Shown: positions 1-11,951 of the stretch, piece after piece
Numbering within the stretch: position 1 is the first letter of the stretch
Layout of the letters: each line of letters starts with the position of its first letter
Source: Amoeboaphelidium protococcarum X5
Taxonomy: Eukaryota > Fungi > Aphelidiomycota
DNA: 64,000 bases
Assembly (NCBI GenBank): GCA_023515725.1
Contig: JALDTO010000098.1
Coordinates: 522,164-586,163, forward strand
Direction: 5' to 3'
The notes under the pieces: generated by a model
What the model was told of the DNA's origin: nothing
Seen by the model: the letters and a program-made list of their open reading frames with translations, nothing else
The model's database searches: none
Translations under genes and position numbers: made by a program

Positions 1-141
1 TTGGCATTCCTACCGGAGAGTATGCCTGTAATTGCTGAACTTCTCGAGGATGATGACGAAGAGGTTGAGAAGAAGTGTCGTGAGTTGATTAGAGTAATTG
101 AAGGGTGTCTTGGAGAATCTTTAGACGAGCACTTGAAATGA
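1..141 (+). CDS. UTP10: U3 snoRNP protein UTP10/HEATR1, C-terminal end (partial, runs off window)
   Basis: Translates LAFLPESMPVIAELLEDDDEEVEKKCRELIRVIEGCLGESLDEHLK*, matching the conserved LPE.IP.LAEL.ED..EEVE...LGE.L C-terminus of HEATR1/Utp10. Confidence 0.85.
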   Translation: MAFLPESMPVIAELLEDDDEEVEKKCRELIRVIEGCLGESLDEHLK

Positions 142-260
142 ATTTGAAATGAATAAAATAAATGATAAAGTAAATAAAAGATTAATAATGATGTGTCATA
201 TTTTTTGGTATTGTATTAAACATGCTTTTGTTACTTTAACTAAAATAACGCGCCGTACGA

Positions 261-650
261 TCATTGGAGACGCTTATAATTGGCGTCTGATAGACATTCG
301 TCTTCTACCAACTTTGCCTGCACAGAGCCATCAGATGCGAAACGGAGCAGAGTCGGAATACGTGAAATCTTCAACAGAGGACTGACCTTGTAAGGATGCT
401 ACGGATTCTGTTTCCACTCTGACCGAGAGCCTACGCTGCAAGAAATCAGTACTGAGTCTTCAATAGCCGCGACATTCTAGCGAATCTTCGGGTCCGCCAT
501 GACGCAGTCTGGACACCAACTCTCGCCAGTTTGCTAATCTTCAGCGCCATAGAACACTGTGAATACCTTTGATTATCCGCTGCTCAACTACTCCTTCAAC
601 ACTTGGTCAAATTTATCAGCATCTTCCAACAACACTCGCACGTTCTTCAT
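261..650 (-). CDS. TXNDC17: Thioredoxin domain-containing protein 17 (DUF953 family)
   Basis: 129 aa with TAR=Gln; GESWCPDCVMADP active site, VGSRSEWK, RIPTLLRF, KLVEDEC; TGA stop. Confidence 0.85.
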
Positions 651-797
651 TTTTGTATTACGCAATAGTTTTAAAAGATGATGTAACAAAACAATTCAAC
701 AGAGACTGCCAGATCAGCAGAGAAGTAACCGATAAAAATAAATGATGATAAGAGAGCTCAAAATAAAAATAAATGTCACAATTTACTTCAACTACTA

Positions 798-1730
798 TCA
801 TGATGGTATGTTGTGCTTCTTTCGACAGCCTGGGCAGTACCACTTTCCAACCGGCGGTGATGTCAGACCAACACATTCGTAATGGAACCACTCAACTTCA
901 CAATCCGGACTATCGCAGCCCACCATCAGGCCATAAGAGACTTTGTTGCAAATGCAATACGTTGGTTCATTCGGATCAATAGATGAATCTACAATGGATC
1001 TCTACCGACTGCTTCTACTCAATGGACCGGACTGCTTTGTATTGTCTTCATACATTGGAGGTGGCAGAGGATGTTGATTAGTAGATCGTCTAGATGAAGC
1101 ATTGGCGGCAGATGCGAGCTCATTTAAATTGGAGTTATTGTTCTTTGAGTTAGATTAATCCACTACCAAAGACTGCTGATCATTCTATACAGCACCATTA
1201 GCCGTCGTCTTGCGCTCCTTTTTCTATTATGTGGAATCGTTAGTGTTGTTGTTATTAGCATTAGAACTCTTCTCTTTACGAGATCGCTTCTTTTGGGATC
1301 TACCTCCACCAGCTGAAGACTATGACTATTATTTACTACCACCGGCTTCATCCTGCTAATTCCCCTAACTATTCAATCCCATACCTGTGATGGTAAGTTC
1401 ATCTTCAAAGCGCATTAAATCTTCATCTAGCTTGCGAATGTGTTTATCCACCAGATCATAAGTCTACACTGCCAGTCTGACCTTGTCTTCGCTTTCAGCA
1501 GTCGCTTCTTTAAATAGAGTATTTAATTACTTTAAAAGTGCCTTCTTCTCATCTATAGACAATTTATTACCATTTTGAACGAAATCTTTCGCCAGCGATG
1601 ATATCTACTCAATCTACTTGGAGCAATTGGTATCCAGTTCTTTGATCTAAGTGTAGTTGCGTTGTAGCTCATTCGGCAGCGCCTCAATGGCATCCATCCA
1701 ATCCTCTAGAAATTCCACTTACGAAGACAT
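798..1730 (-). CDS. ING-family chromatin protein (ING4/5/Yng2-like), N-terminal ING domain plus PHD finger
   Basis: [28 protein letters not shown]-terminus; [54 protein letters not shown]; continuous with TAR=Gln. Confidence 0.9.
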
Positions 1731-1928
1731 TTATATTGCTCTATATAAAAAGCTTTATTATTAACAGCTCTTTCACCAGCTTAAGAATAAAATGATCTGA
1801 TGTGGTTGATGCAAAGATGAAAGAAGACAGCTTAAAGTGAAGAGAAAAAGGAAAAAGAAATTCAGTCGGTTTCCTCTTTCACTCTATCATCAATCAAAAT
1901 AATAATTATATACAAAAGATATATAAAG

Positions 1929-2639
1929 ATGAGATTATTACCAGCAACCAAGTCGCGATTTAATAAGACACTGGACAAGAGATTGCCCATGTTGAAGAAT
2001 CTAGTGTCGCAGTTGCTAATGAAGGAGCAAGTGATTACTACACACGGTAGAGCTGACGCGATCCGGCCCATTGTGTAGATGATTATAGATAACGCGCGCA
2101 AGACCAGAGAGTTGGAATCAGCTCAGAACGCGTCATCAAATAAAGTGAAAGAGATTAATTATGAACTCAATCAGTGGACCGTTAATTAAAATTAGGTGCT
2201 GCCGAAGCTGAGAGATGATTTGGTGGAACGCTTCAAGGACTATACTGAAGAGAAGGGATACACGCGCGCGTACAATCTTATGCATCGATAATATGGTAAT
2301 ACTCCTCTTAAGGTGGTGGAACTGCTGGATGGACCTAAAGATACACTGAAATAAATAGCAGAGGTGATGCCAAAGGATTCGGACAAGCTAGAGTCGCTGC
2401 GAAAGTCTGCACTAAGTGACGTTTTCACTGCTCCGGTTGATGATTTGCTGCAGAGCTTGGAATCTCAACCGCGAGGTAGAATGCATAAGAAGCATGCGGA
2501 AGCAAGGAAGATGAAGGAGCAGAGTCAGTTGCTTAAATAGGAAGCCAGCAAGTTGGAGAGCACCAGCGAAATGGAAGCATTTGCTAAATTGGCCATTGGT
2601 TAGACTGAGAAGGCAAAGAAGCGCTCTTTCGCCTACTGA
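1929..2639 (+). CDS. Mitochondrial ribosomal protein bL17m
   Basis: RLPMLKNLVSQLLMKEQVITTHGRADAIRPIVQMII and GYTRAY...LKVVELLDGPKD resemble L17 family motifs; 236 aa with TAR=Gln. Confidence 0.75.
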
Positions 2640-2753
2640 TTTTAAAGAGGCTTTTTGATATCTGGCGAACACTATCGTATCATGATATTTTAATAGAACA
2701 AAGTTTATATAATAAAAAAGTACAATCTCATTCAAACACTAGCCATTACTAAA

Positions 2754-4340
2754 TCAAATCTTGTAAACGCTTCTAATAATAACTTCATACTCTTGAGCTT
2801 TTCGAATAAAATGTGGTGGTGGCTCTAACAGCTGTTGATTGATCTCCACCTGATGCTTGTGCAGTCTCAGGATGTTAGTCATTAATGGCAGACACTTGAT
2901 ATCAATATCTTACTCTTGCGTAATGTTACGGAGAGCTTCAGAAAGATAATTTCCATCGCCAGGTTTATTTAAAATTGCATCCAAGTCGATATTCTGAATA
3001 GCTGGTAGTTGAACAGTGGCATTTTGATTATAAAGTCGCGATACAACATCATCAGATTTCTAAACTCTGCTCATCCTTCCCGTGGTTGGAGCTTTTTTCA
3101 CAGTTCCATACTGCAGGGGCATAGGAGGAGATGGGGTTCTATGCAATACGGTATTGGCACCACTGAGCGTATTCTACTTATGAATATTCTCCCAAGACTT
3201 TTTACTTTTCATTGTACCATCATTATTACTCTGAACTGTAGTGTCATAACTAATCCTCATTGTACCGTTTTCATTAAATCCCGAAGCCACGCTCTCATTA
3301 ACCTTAAATGTGCCCAGCTTACTGATGGTTGAGTACATGGTAAGTGCGTTCTGCTTTAGTTACAACTTTTTGAGAGTACCTCCTGCATCATTGACATCAT
3401 CGCTAGAGCCACTGTCATCTCCAGAGGCAGACTTACTAGCAGATTTTAATTTAGACGCCGCGACCCGTGATTATTCAATTAAATCAACAAGAATAGAGGT
3501 ATGAGATGCTTCCTGACAGAATGGATGTTGCAACAACTCCTCTGCAGTAAATCGCTCTTTATCACTCTTAACTAAAGTCTTGCTGATCACATCGTGAAAT
3601 TTAGTGGACCATTTATCCTTCTCCGCAAGTCTAGGCGGAGGTTCACGCAAGATTTTAAACAAGACACGCATCGGATGTACTTGAGAATGCGGCGGTACCA
3701 TCTCTGCCATCTCAATCAACGTTATGCCCAATGACCATATATCAGCCTTCCCATCATATCCCGTCTCCTAAATCAATTGCGGGCACATCCAGAACGGACT
3801 ACCACAAAATGTATTCCTCTTCCCCAGACTACCTTCAAGCTGGGCAGACACTCCAAAATCAGCCAACTTCACCTGGCCATCCTCACACAAAAGAATATTT
3901 CCACACTTGATATCGCGATGAATCTTGCCATTCGAGTGTAGATACGACAAGCCTTGCACAGTTTCACGACAAATCACAGCGATGAAACGCTCCTCCAGCG
4001 GCTGTTCCATCGCAGCGAACAAATCTCGCACACTGCCGGCCCCACAGTACTCCATCACAATGAACAGAACATCAGATCCCAAGTTTATAAATGAATTGTA
4101 ATATCTGACAATATTTCTATGTGAACAGTCTTTCAAAATAGCAATCTCTTTCATGATGCTGTTCATACAGGCAATGTCCGTACTGCTGGTTCTGTCAATT
4201 GATATGCACTTGATTGCCACAACGGCACCCGCTTGCTTCTCTATTCCCTTGTTCACCTCACCATAAGATCCCTTTCCCAACACCTCCTGCAATGTATAAA
4301 ACTAGTTAATATCCTCCTTAGATATCTCCACCGAATCCAT
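2754..4340 (-). CDS. STE20/MAP4K-family Ser/Thr kinase with plant SIK1-like C-terminal tail
   Basis: LGKGSYG, VAIK, HRDIKCGN, DFG, HPMRVLF; 528 aa with TAR=Gln joining the fragmented ORFs. Confidence 0.9.
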
Positions 4341-4780
4341 CGCTCCACTTTAGTATCACTACAACAAGCAATTATCTCACGATTTAAACTACAATAAAAG
4401 CGAAATCCCAGTATTGATTTGAAACAATCAAAGATAATCGATAGTTCGCAAGAAGGATAGGAGGATCGATTGAAAACAATCTCACTGTCAGAATCTGAAA
4501 CAATATTTAATACACAGCTAGCAATACTATTTCGAATTCTCTTTATTAAAAAGTAACCGCCATCATTATACTGTATTCACTGCGCTGTAGTCTGAAACGT
4601 TAAACGCGTTATACTCTCAGGGGCTGCACAAATCCTTAAAATCGGTCATATGCGACTCGCGTTATTGACTAAAATTCAAGTTCAGCATTCAATAAGGGGA
4701 ACTTTGTGAGTAAATGCACTAAAGTTGTAATTTGCCTTGAATTCTTTGATAATTCTAAAAAAAAGTGTTCATTACCTAAA

Positions 4781-5911
4781 ATGATGCTCATCAACTGCTT
4801 ATTTTTCTGTATATTTGCTGGTTTTATATCTTCTATGAATAAGAATGACCTGGATTTACTACCAGTTTTTAAATTAGATATAAACATGCCGCCTGCGGTA
4901 TATCGAAATGTTTTAGGTTCGCATCATCCAAAATTTATTGTGGACGTTAAAAATTCAGGTTTAGAAGGGATGGGAAAATGGCGTATGGAAATTTTGCCAT
5001 TTCCTTAAGGAGGTCATGTTTTTAACTTTTGGGTAGAATGTTTCGAAAGTTGTCCTGGAGATACACTAAAAAATCATCCGCTTGTATTTGCATTTTCGTC
5101 TTGCCTAGAAGATAAGAATAAGAATAGAATACTGGGAAGTACGAGTGCTTTCAGTTTCATTGGACGTGACTTACCTCTACAGTAGTCTGTAGCAGGATTA
5201 AAATAACTGTTTCGTTATCCTGAAGGCCTCGGCTCTCTGCCTGTTAACGAACCTTTCTCATTCCATGTTACTCTGGCTGTAACGCGTTCATCCTATTAGT
5301 AATTTCTGCAAATGTATGAGTCGAATCAATCTTTATTCTCGCTGGTTCAGAATTTGTAAAATGATGATATCGTAAGAAGGATGGCCGCTCTGGACTAAAT
5401 CATAACTTTGGAATTTGCGGATTATGTGCTTTAAATTTCGCGTCTGTTATTTCTCTCGCAAGTCGATGACGAGAATGTCTTGGAATTGTTTCAAGATCCA
5501 TAGTAGAACGCTTTAGATTTGTCCTTATATAGTGCCAATGTCGGGAGACTTGCATTATCTGCTTTGGTGGATCGTGATATATACGAAGCCCCTAAGGAGG
5601 ATTTGTTCTAGCTTCTGCGTTTGGGAGGTTATTTGGACTCTAAAACGATTGTCTTCGTAGCGCTTAAAGGAATTTGGGATTTGGCAACTTCCGCCAATGC
5701 GTGCCGCATAGTGAAAGATTTGAACTATATTAATGCGGGTGAACACGCGATAAAGCTGGTAGAGCGTTTGAAGATAAGATTTCCTCAGTGTTTTTATTAA
5801 GTGAAAGTTTTGGCTGGGGAAAATCCATCACGCGATAATAGTAAGCAATCTACTATTAAATCGCGTCAGATCAAAATTTAGAAATTCCTAGACAAACTCC
5901 GTCGGAACTGA
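4781..5911 (+). CDS. Signal-peptide-bearing divergent MATH-BTB(-BACK)-like protein
   Basis: 376 aa open with TAR=Gln; hydrophobic N-terminus MMLINCLFFCIFAGFISS; MATH-like GKWRMEILP; BTB-like ITLEFADYVLQISRLLFLSQ...EDLFQLLRLGGYLDSKTIVFVALKGIWDLATSANACRIV. Confidence 0.6.
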
Positions 5912-6399
5912 ATACTAATGTCTCCATGCCAGCAGGCTTTTCAATATTTTAATCAATAGATTTCATATCATCAAACTCTGAGATTTTGTACTTTGCTTAT
6001 TATAAAATGTGATAGTCAAGTGCATAAATTTGTTGCTTACTCGTAGAAGAGTTTTCTCTTATTTATGAGTTTGACCGAAATCTGACTAAAGTTCGTCTAT
6101 GCATGCACTTGACTGCACGGAACGATGATAAAAGGATTGGATAAAACCAATTCGAACTGGATTTACAAAGGCAATCTTGGAACATCTGTTAACATTGCAG
6201 ACACTATGCAAGCCTATGGTTGAAGGTATCTCGTCCAATGCAGAGAGCTAGTTTGACGTTTTGCGGCCATTTTCATTGGAAATTTTTTTCACATTTTAAT
6301 TTCTCGCCGCATTTACTCTTTTTGTTCTTACACCATGTGTTCATTTCCTTTCTTGAGTGTTGATTTTATATTAATTAACTTGGAGTGACCACTGCTGTT

Positions 6400-9156
6400 A
6401 TGAAGTATCTGACTCCATGTCAAGTGCTGTCTATCAAATCCTAGCTGACTGCTCTCAGTGATTCTGATTAGAAAGTGAAGGCGGCCTGTAAAAAGTCCAT
6501 AAGCTTTTACTAGATTTACATTGATTCCCTGCTGATGATCCATGATACTGCGAGCAATTAAACCGCGCCTGCTTTCACCTCATCCTCGAGTATATTGTCA
6601 CCTTCATCATCATCATCGTCGTCGTCGACAGAACAATTGAAATTAGCTCATAATTAGGCCAGTGTGAATATCAGCAACGCATTGAGTATAGTGGATGATG
6701 TTACTGTTGGGAACTTGATTCATGAAAATCTTTAACGTGTAGGAGGTGCTCTGCAATAGTTGGCCAGCCTGGCAGTGGCATAATAAACTTAACTAGAATA
6801 TTATAATTTAGCGCAGAGCAGTCTGTACAAGTAGCTTTTACTTGGGTATTATGATGCTGTTCGCCTGATTGATGCATACACTTAGTATGTTGATAATATT
6901 GGATTTAAAGTGCATTAGATTTTAAATGGAGAACTTTCTGATTACCAATTCGAGTATCAGAGTAGTGACTCTTACCCATCAGATGCAGACGTGGAAGCGC
7001 AATTAAGGCGTCAACTGTCAAAGGGTGATGGCTCTGATAATGAATATTTAGTTGAGGGTTATTTTATGCTGAAGTATGAAGATTAGTCAGAATTCCACCT
7101 CACATTCTGTTATTTGGACAATTGCAAAATTAAAGCTTGCCGTAGACTTAATGCTAATGATACTCTCGTGGTATATGATTTAAGCACTGTGGATGGGTTG
7201 GAAATTATTAATTCTAATGGATTTAAATTGAAAAATGCCATGTTCATTAGTGTAGATGGCAATTTGTCTTTATGGCTTGATGCTTTACAGAAAGTATTCC
7301 AATCTTCATCTCATGAAATTCAGAGTATACTGAATAGCTCTTCACTTAGTCGATCCCTATCATAGCATTCATACGGATCTAGTGGCTCTAAAGGTAGTGG
7401 TGCTTTGATGATTGGCTATTTATCATCGTCTAAGGATCTGAGTAAGAATGCTACTTGGAAATAGAACCGATATAGATTACTTAAGGACTAGACATTAGTT
7501 TTAGCAAGTGATGAATCTTCGTATACGGTTGTTGCTGATTTATCTAAACTGTTTAATCGTACAGCCATATAGCCAGTTGATGAAAGTATATGTAAGCGTC
7601 GTTTGGTGTTTTCTATCCGCATAAGCAAACAAAAGTGCTTATACTTTGCTGCTACCGACACTTTATCGTACAAACGATGGATTCTGGCTCTCAAATCTGC
7701 CGTTGGTCCTTCGATTAAAGAGTAGAAGATTAGAGCGGTCAAATCTCTCCACCTCCGTCTAGTTGAAGCAAAAGGAGTTCCTGCGCAGTCTGATGTTTAT
7801 CTGATGGTACACTTGAATGATGAGCTCATTTGCCAGTCTAATGTCCGCAAAAATCATGGCGGTAATCCATTCTGGCGTGAAGACTTTTACTTTGATGATA
7901 TTGAGGGTATTTAATTTATGCGCATCGCCCTTATGTAGAAGCACAAGATTAACAAAGATTCAGAGTTCGGCTCTATTCTGCTGAGTAATATCCAATACGG
8001 GGAAGCTGATGCCTGGTACTCTTTGAATTCTCTCAGTTCTTCCTCATCATTATCATCATCAAGTCAGATTTTATCTGCTTCTGGCGAATCCTTGTCTAGT
8101 GGTACTAATCTACACAGCTCCAAGGGATAGATGAAACTGTACTTCGTTTATAAAGATTAGCTTATACTTCCATTGTAGGCTTACAAATGTTATTTAGATT
8201 TGCTCTTGGATACTAAGATTTCGATAGTTTATCTACTATCCTCTATAGCAGCTGACTTGGAGAAGATTGCTGAAATTCTGCTGGGTATACACTGCTGCAA
8301 CTAGTAAGCTGTAAAATGGATAACACAGCTGATTTCCAATGAAGTGGAGAACACTGAGAATATGAATGTTCTATTCCGTGGCAACTCTCTGCTCACTAAA
8401 GCTCTTGACGCGTACATGAAGCTGATCGGTTCTGATTATCTGAGATCAACGCTTGGAAGTATATTGAATTAGATCTGCGTCGACAAGGTCCACATTGAAC
8501 TTGACTCGACTCGCTTAGGTGATATCAGTAATAATAATGCAAATGACGATACTGATGCAAAATATATGTTGGATCGCTGCTATCGATACGCGTAATCTAT
8601 ATGGGTGGCTATACGGGATTCCGTATCGAATATGCCAATTGAATTGAGAGTAATTTTCAATTTTATTTAAGAAAGTGTGATGAAGCGATTTGGTACCACG
8701 TAAAAATAGTACAATCCAGTAGTGTACACGTCTGTTAGTGGATTCATCTTCCTGAGATTATACTGTCCCGCGATATTGAATCCTAAACTTTTCAATTTGA
8801 CGAGAGACTATCCCGATTAAAGGACAACTCGTTCTCTGACTCTGTTGGCCAAGATTATGCAATGTCTGGCCAATTTGGCTAATTTTGGTGTGAAAGAACC
8901 TTACATGCTGGAAATGAACATGTTTATAATGGAAAATTCTTCGCAAGTCATGGAGTTTATTGACGAGATCTCTTCTCTTCCTCCTGGGCTGAATTTTGAA
9001 AATATTGACAATAATTATGGCCTGGATCAAGAGCGTTATTTGGCGCGGTTTCATCAGTATCTGATTGAGCGCAAGTCCACTTTTGATGCTGAGCCAGAGC
9101 TGAAGAGCATCATGCAGCATTGCGATAAAGTGTAAGAATACATTGGGAAAGTATGA
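6400..9156 (+). CDS. Ras GTPase-activating protein (PH-C2-RasGAP, Bud2/GAP1-like)
   Basis: 918 aa; PH-like [20 protein letters not shown]2 [11 protein letters not shown], arginine finger [39 protein letters not shown]. Start is the first in-frame ATG. Confidence 0.88.
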
Positions 9157-9186
9157 TTCAATTAGACGATAAATTTATACATGTAT

Positions 9187-10083
9187 TCACTGTATAAAGT
9201 GGGTATAATCTTGGTTGATGTCCGCCCCAACCGTTTCATCATCTTCAATTCCCAGCTCCTCCTACACATATACGCAGTAATATGATTAATGCATAAGTAA
9301 GAGGTACAATACGCTACAAAAGAGTCTTACAAATAAATCCTTGGGTTTAATGCCACCACTCTCAGTAATTGCACTGATAATGTCCTTGAACATCTTCTTC
9401 CGTTTACGCCAGGCTTTTCTCATCTCATCATACTGAGCATCGACGCGCTTCCGTTCCTCGTCACTTACCATTGCCGTTCCGTCGCGTAAAACATTCAGTT
9501 TCGCCTCATTCTTGGCCGACTACATTTATGACACATGAAACACGAATAAAACGTTCACTTGCACTTTAATCTCAGGTTAATAAATCGCTTAAAAATACCT
9601 CAGATTCCAGCTCTTCCAGACGAAGTTTAATATTATCGTTAGTAAGAGTACTCGTCAAGTTGTTCAGAGTCTGTGTGTCCTGCTTGACATTTTCCTTCAT
9701 TTATGCTACCTGCTCTTTGATTTCTTGCAGTTTCAGGTCCAAATCTTCCATTTCCTCTTTCGATCTTCCTTCCATGCCCTCCACATCTTGACGCGTCAAA
9801 TAGACAATCTGTTTCCCATTGACTTTATGACTGAGTTGACCGTTTTCCTGCAGAGACGCCAGAATTTTAGTGACTGCGGTCTTTCCAATCTCACCCTTCA
9901 GATTGTTGCATACGTCAGTCGCACTATAAGGACGGTTAGTCTGCTTCAAATACTGCAAGATTCTCTATTCTACACTTTTACACACGAAAAGGGGCATTAC
10001 CTTGATACTAACGATTCTACATTGTGTGATAAATACATACCGTCATTAGATAGACTGCTAGATTTCTTGTTGGGTTTAGTCAT
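9187..10083 (-). CDS. HOP2: Homologous-pairing protein Hop2 (PSMC3IP/Meu13); 4 exons, introns 9970-10040, 9520-9598, 9262-9330
   Basis: ILQYLKQTNRPYSATDV, WRKRKKMFKDI, LFEELGIEDD; three GT...TGTAG introns restore the frame. Confidence 0.9.
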
Positions 10084-10335
10084 TCTGATTGAATATTCGA
10101 CAGTACAGTATATATATACCAACACGCGTTAAACTTGTATAAACGTTGTGACTTGAGGGAAAGAAGAGGCGCCGTTCAGCAGTTGAAACAGAAACCATAG
10201 AGTGCTCTATACAGAACAGCAGTAAGATTCTATCGTTGAAACGGTCGATTACGAGTTTCATGTAGAAAAGAAACTGCCATTGTGATAGAAGAGTTCAATA
10301 ATAAACACGTCAAAAGAGATGTAATCAAAGTTGAT

Positions 10336-10776
10336 TCATTTTATACTCAGCTTAATAATACGTTCTCGAATCTAAGTATCAAAAGTTTCGGATCTAATGG
10401 GCATTTCAGGAGAATAGAATGGATTCTTCATGGCAAAGTCTGCGTAAATCTCGTAGATACGCTTTAAACCAAGTTCAGCACTCTGAGGCGCATAATTAAC
10501 TGCACAAGTGAGAATGAACTTTATTCCAGTCAGCGTGGCCAGACAATGTAGGCGGAACGTGTCAGTCTCCAACACTTCAATTCCATAATTCTTCTAATCA
10601 GTCGGAGCATTGACACATAACCGCGTGGTAATTGCATTTAGACCATGAAACATTCCAGCCATCACCAAATACTCATTGGAACTGAGCTTCGGGTGTCCAC
10701 TGCCGCCATCCTCAGTCAGCGCCGTGTTATAAATCAAACCACCAGACTTGTTCACAATCATCAAATAGTACAACAT
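10336..10776 (-). CDS. TRS23: TRAPP complex subunit Trs23/TRAPPC4
   Basis: [52 protein letters not shown]. Confidence 0.9.
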
Positions 10777-11159
10777 ATTAAAAGCAGTCTTGAGCGATAA
10801 GATTAAAGCGATATTATCCTTCGAATTAAGTAATAACAAAGAATAAAAAAGTTCTTTTTGATAAACTTCGAAATCCACCGAATAAGGCATTTGTTCCTAA
10901 TTACTACAGAACAGTGTGAAAGCGATCAAAGTGATGTCGTTCCGCGTCGAGAAACTTTCAGACTTTTGTTCTTCTCCGCTGTTTCTGTTCGTCTTTAATT
11001 GATAGTTGCTTAGTCAATCGGAGAGAAGCAGTACCAGCTATATAATTAACATCTGGCTCATTAATAATTGCTGGGTATCGTTTTAGTTATAATTAAGATC
11101 TCTCACTCGTATAAAATTTAAGAATTAATTAAACCGTAAAGACTACTTTGACTTAAAAT

Positions 11160-11838
<679 letters not shown>

Positions 11839-11951
11839 TCTAACTCTGAAGATATAATGTGCAGCGTCTCTTTGGATGTGTGAATTTGAAAGTAAGTGTG
11901 TGTGCAACAGGTGTATTAAATGGGAGTTTATATTTTTCAACTGTACTTGCG

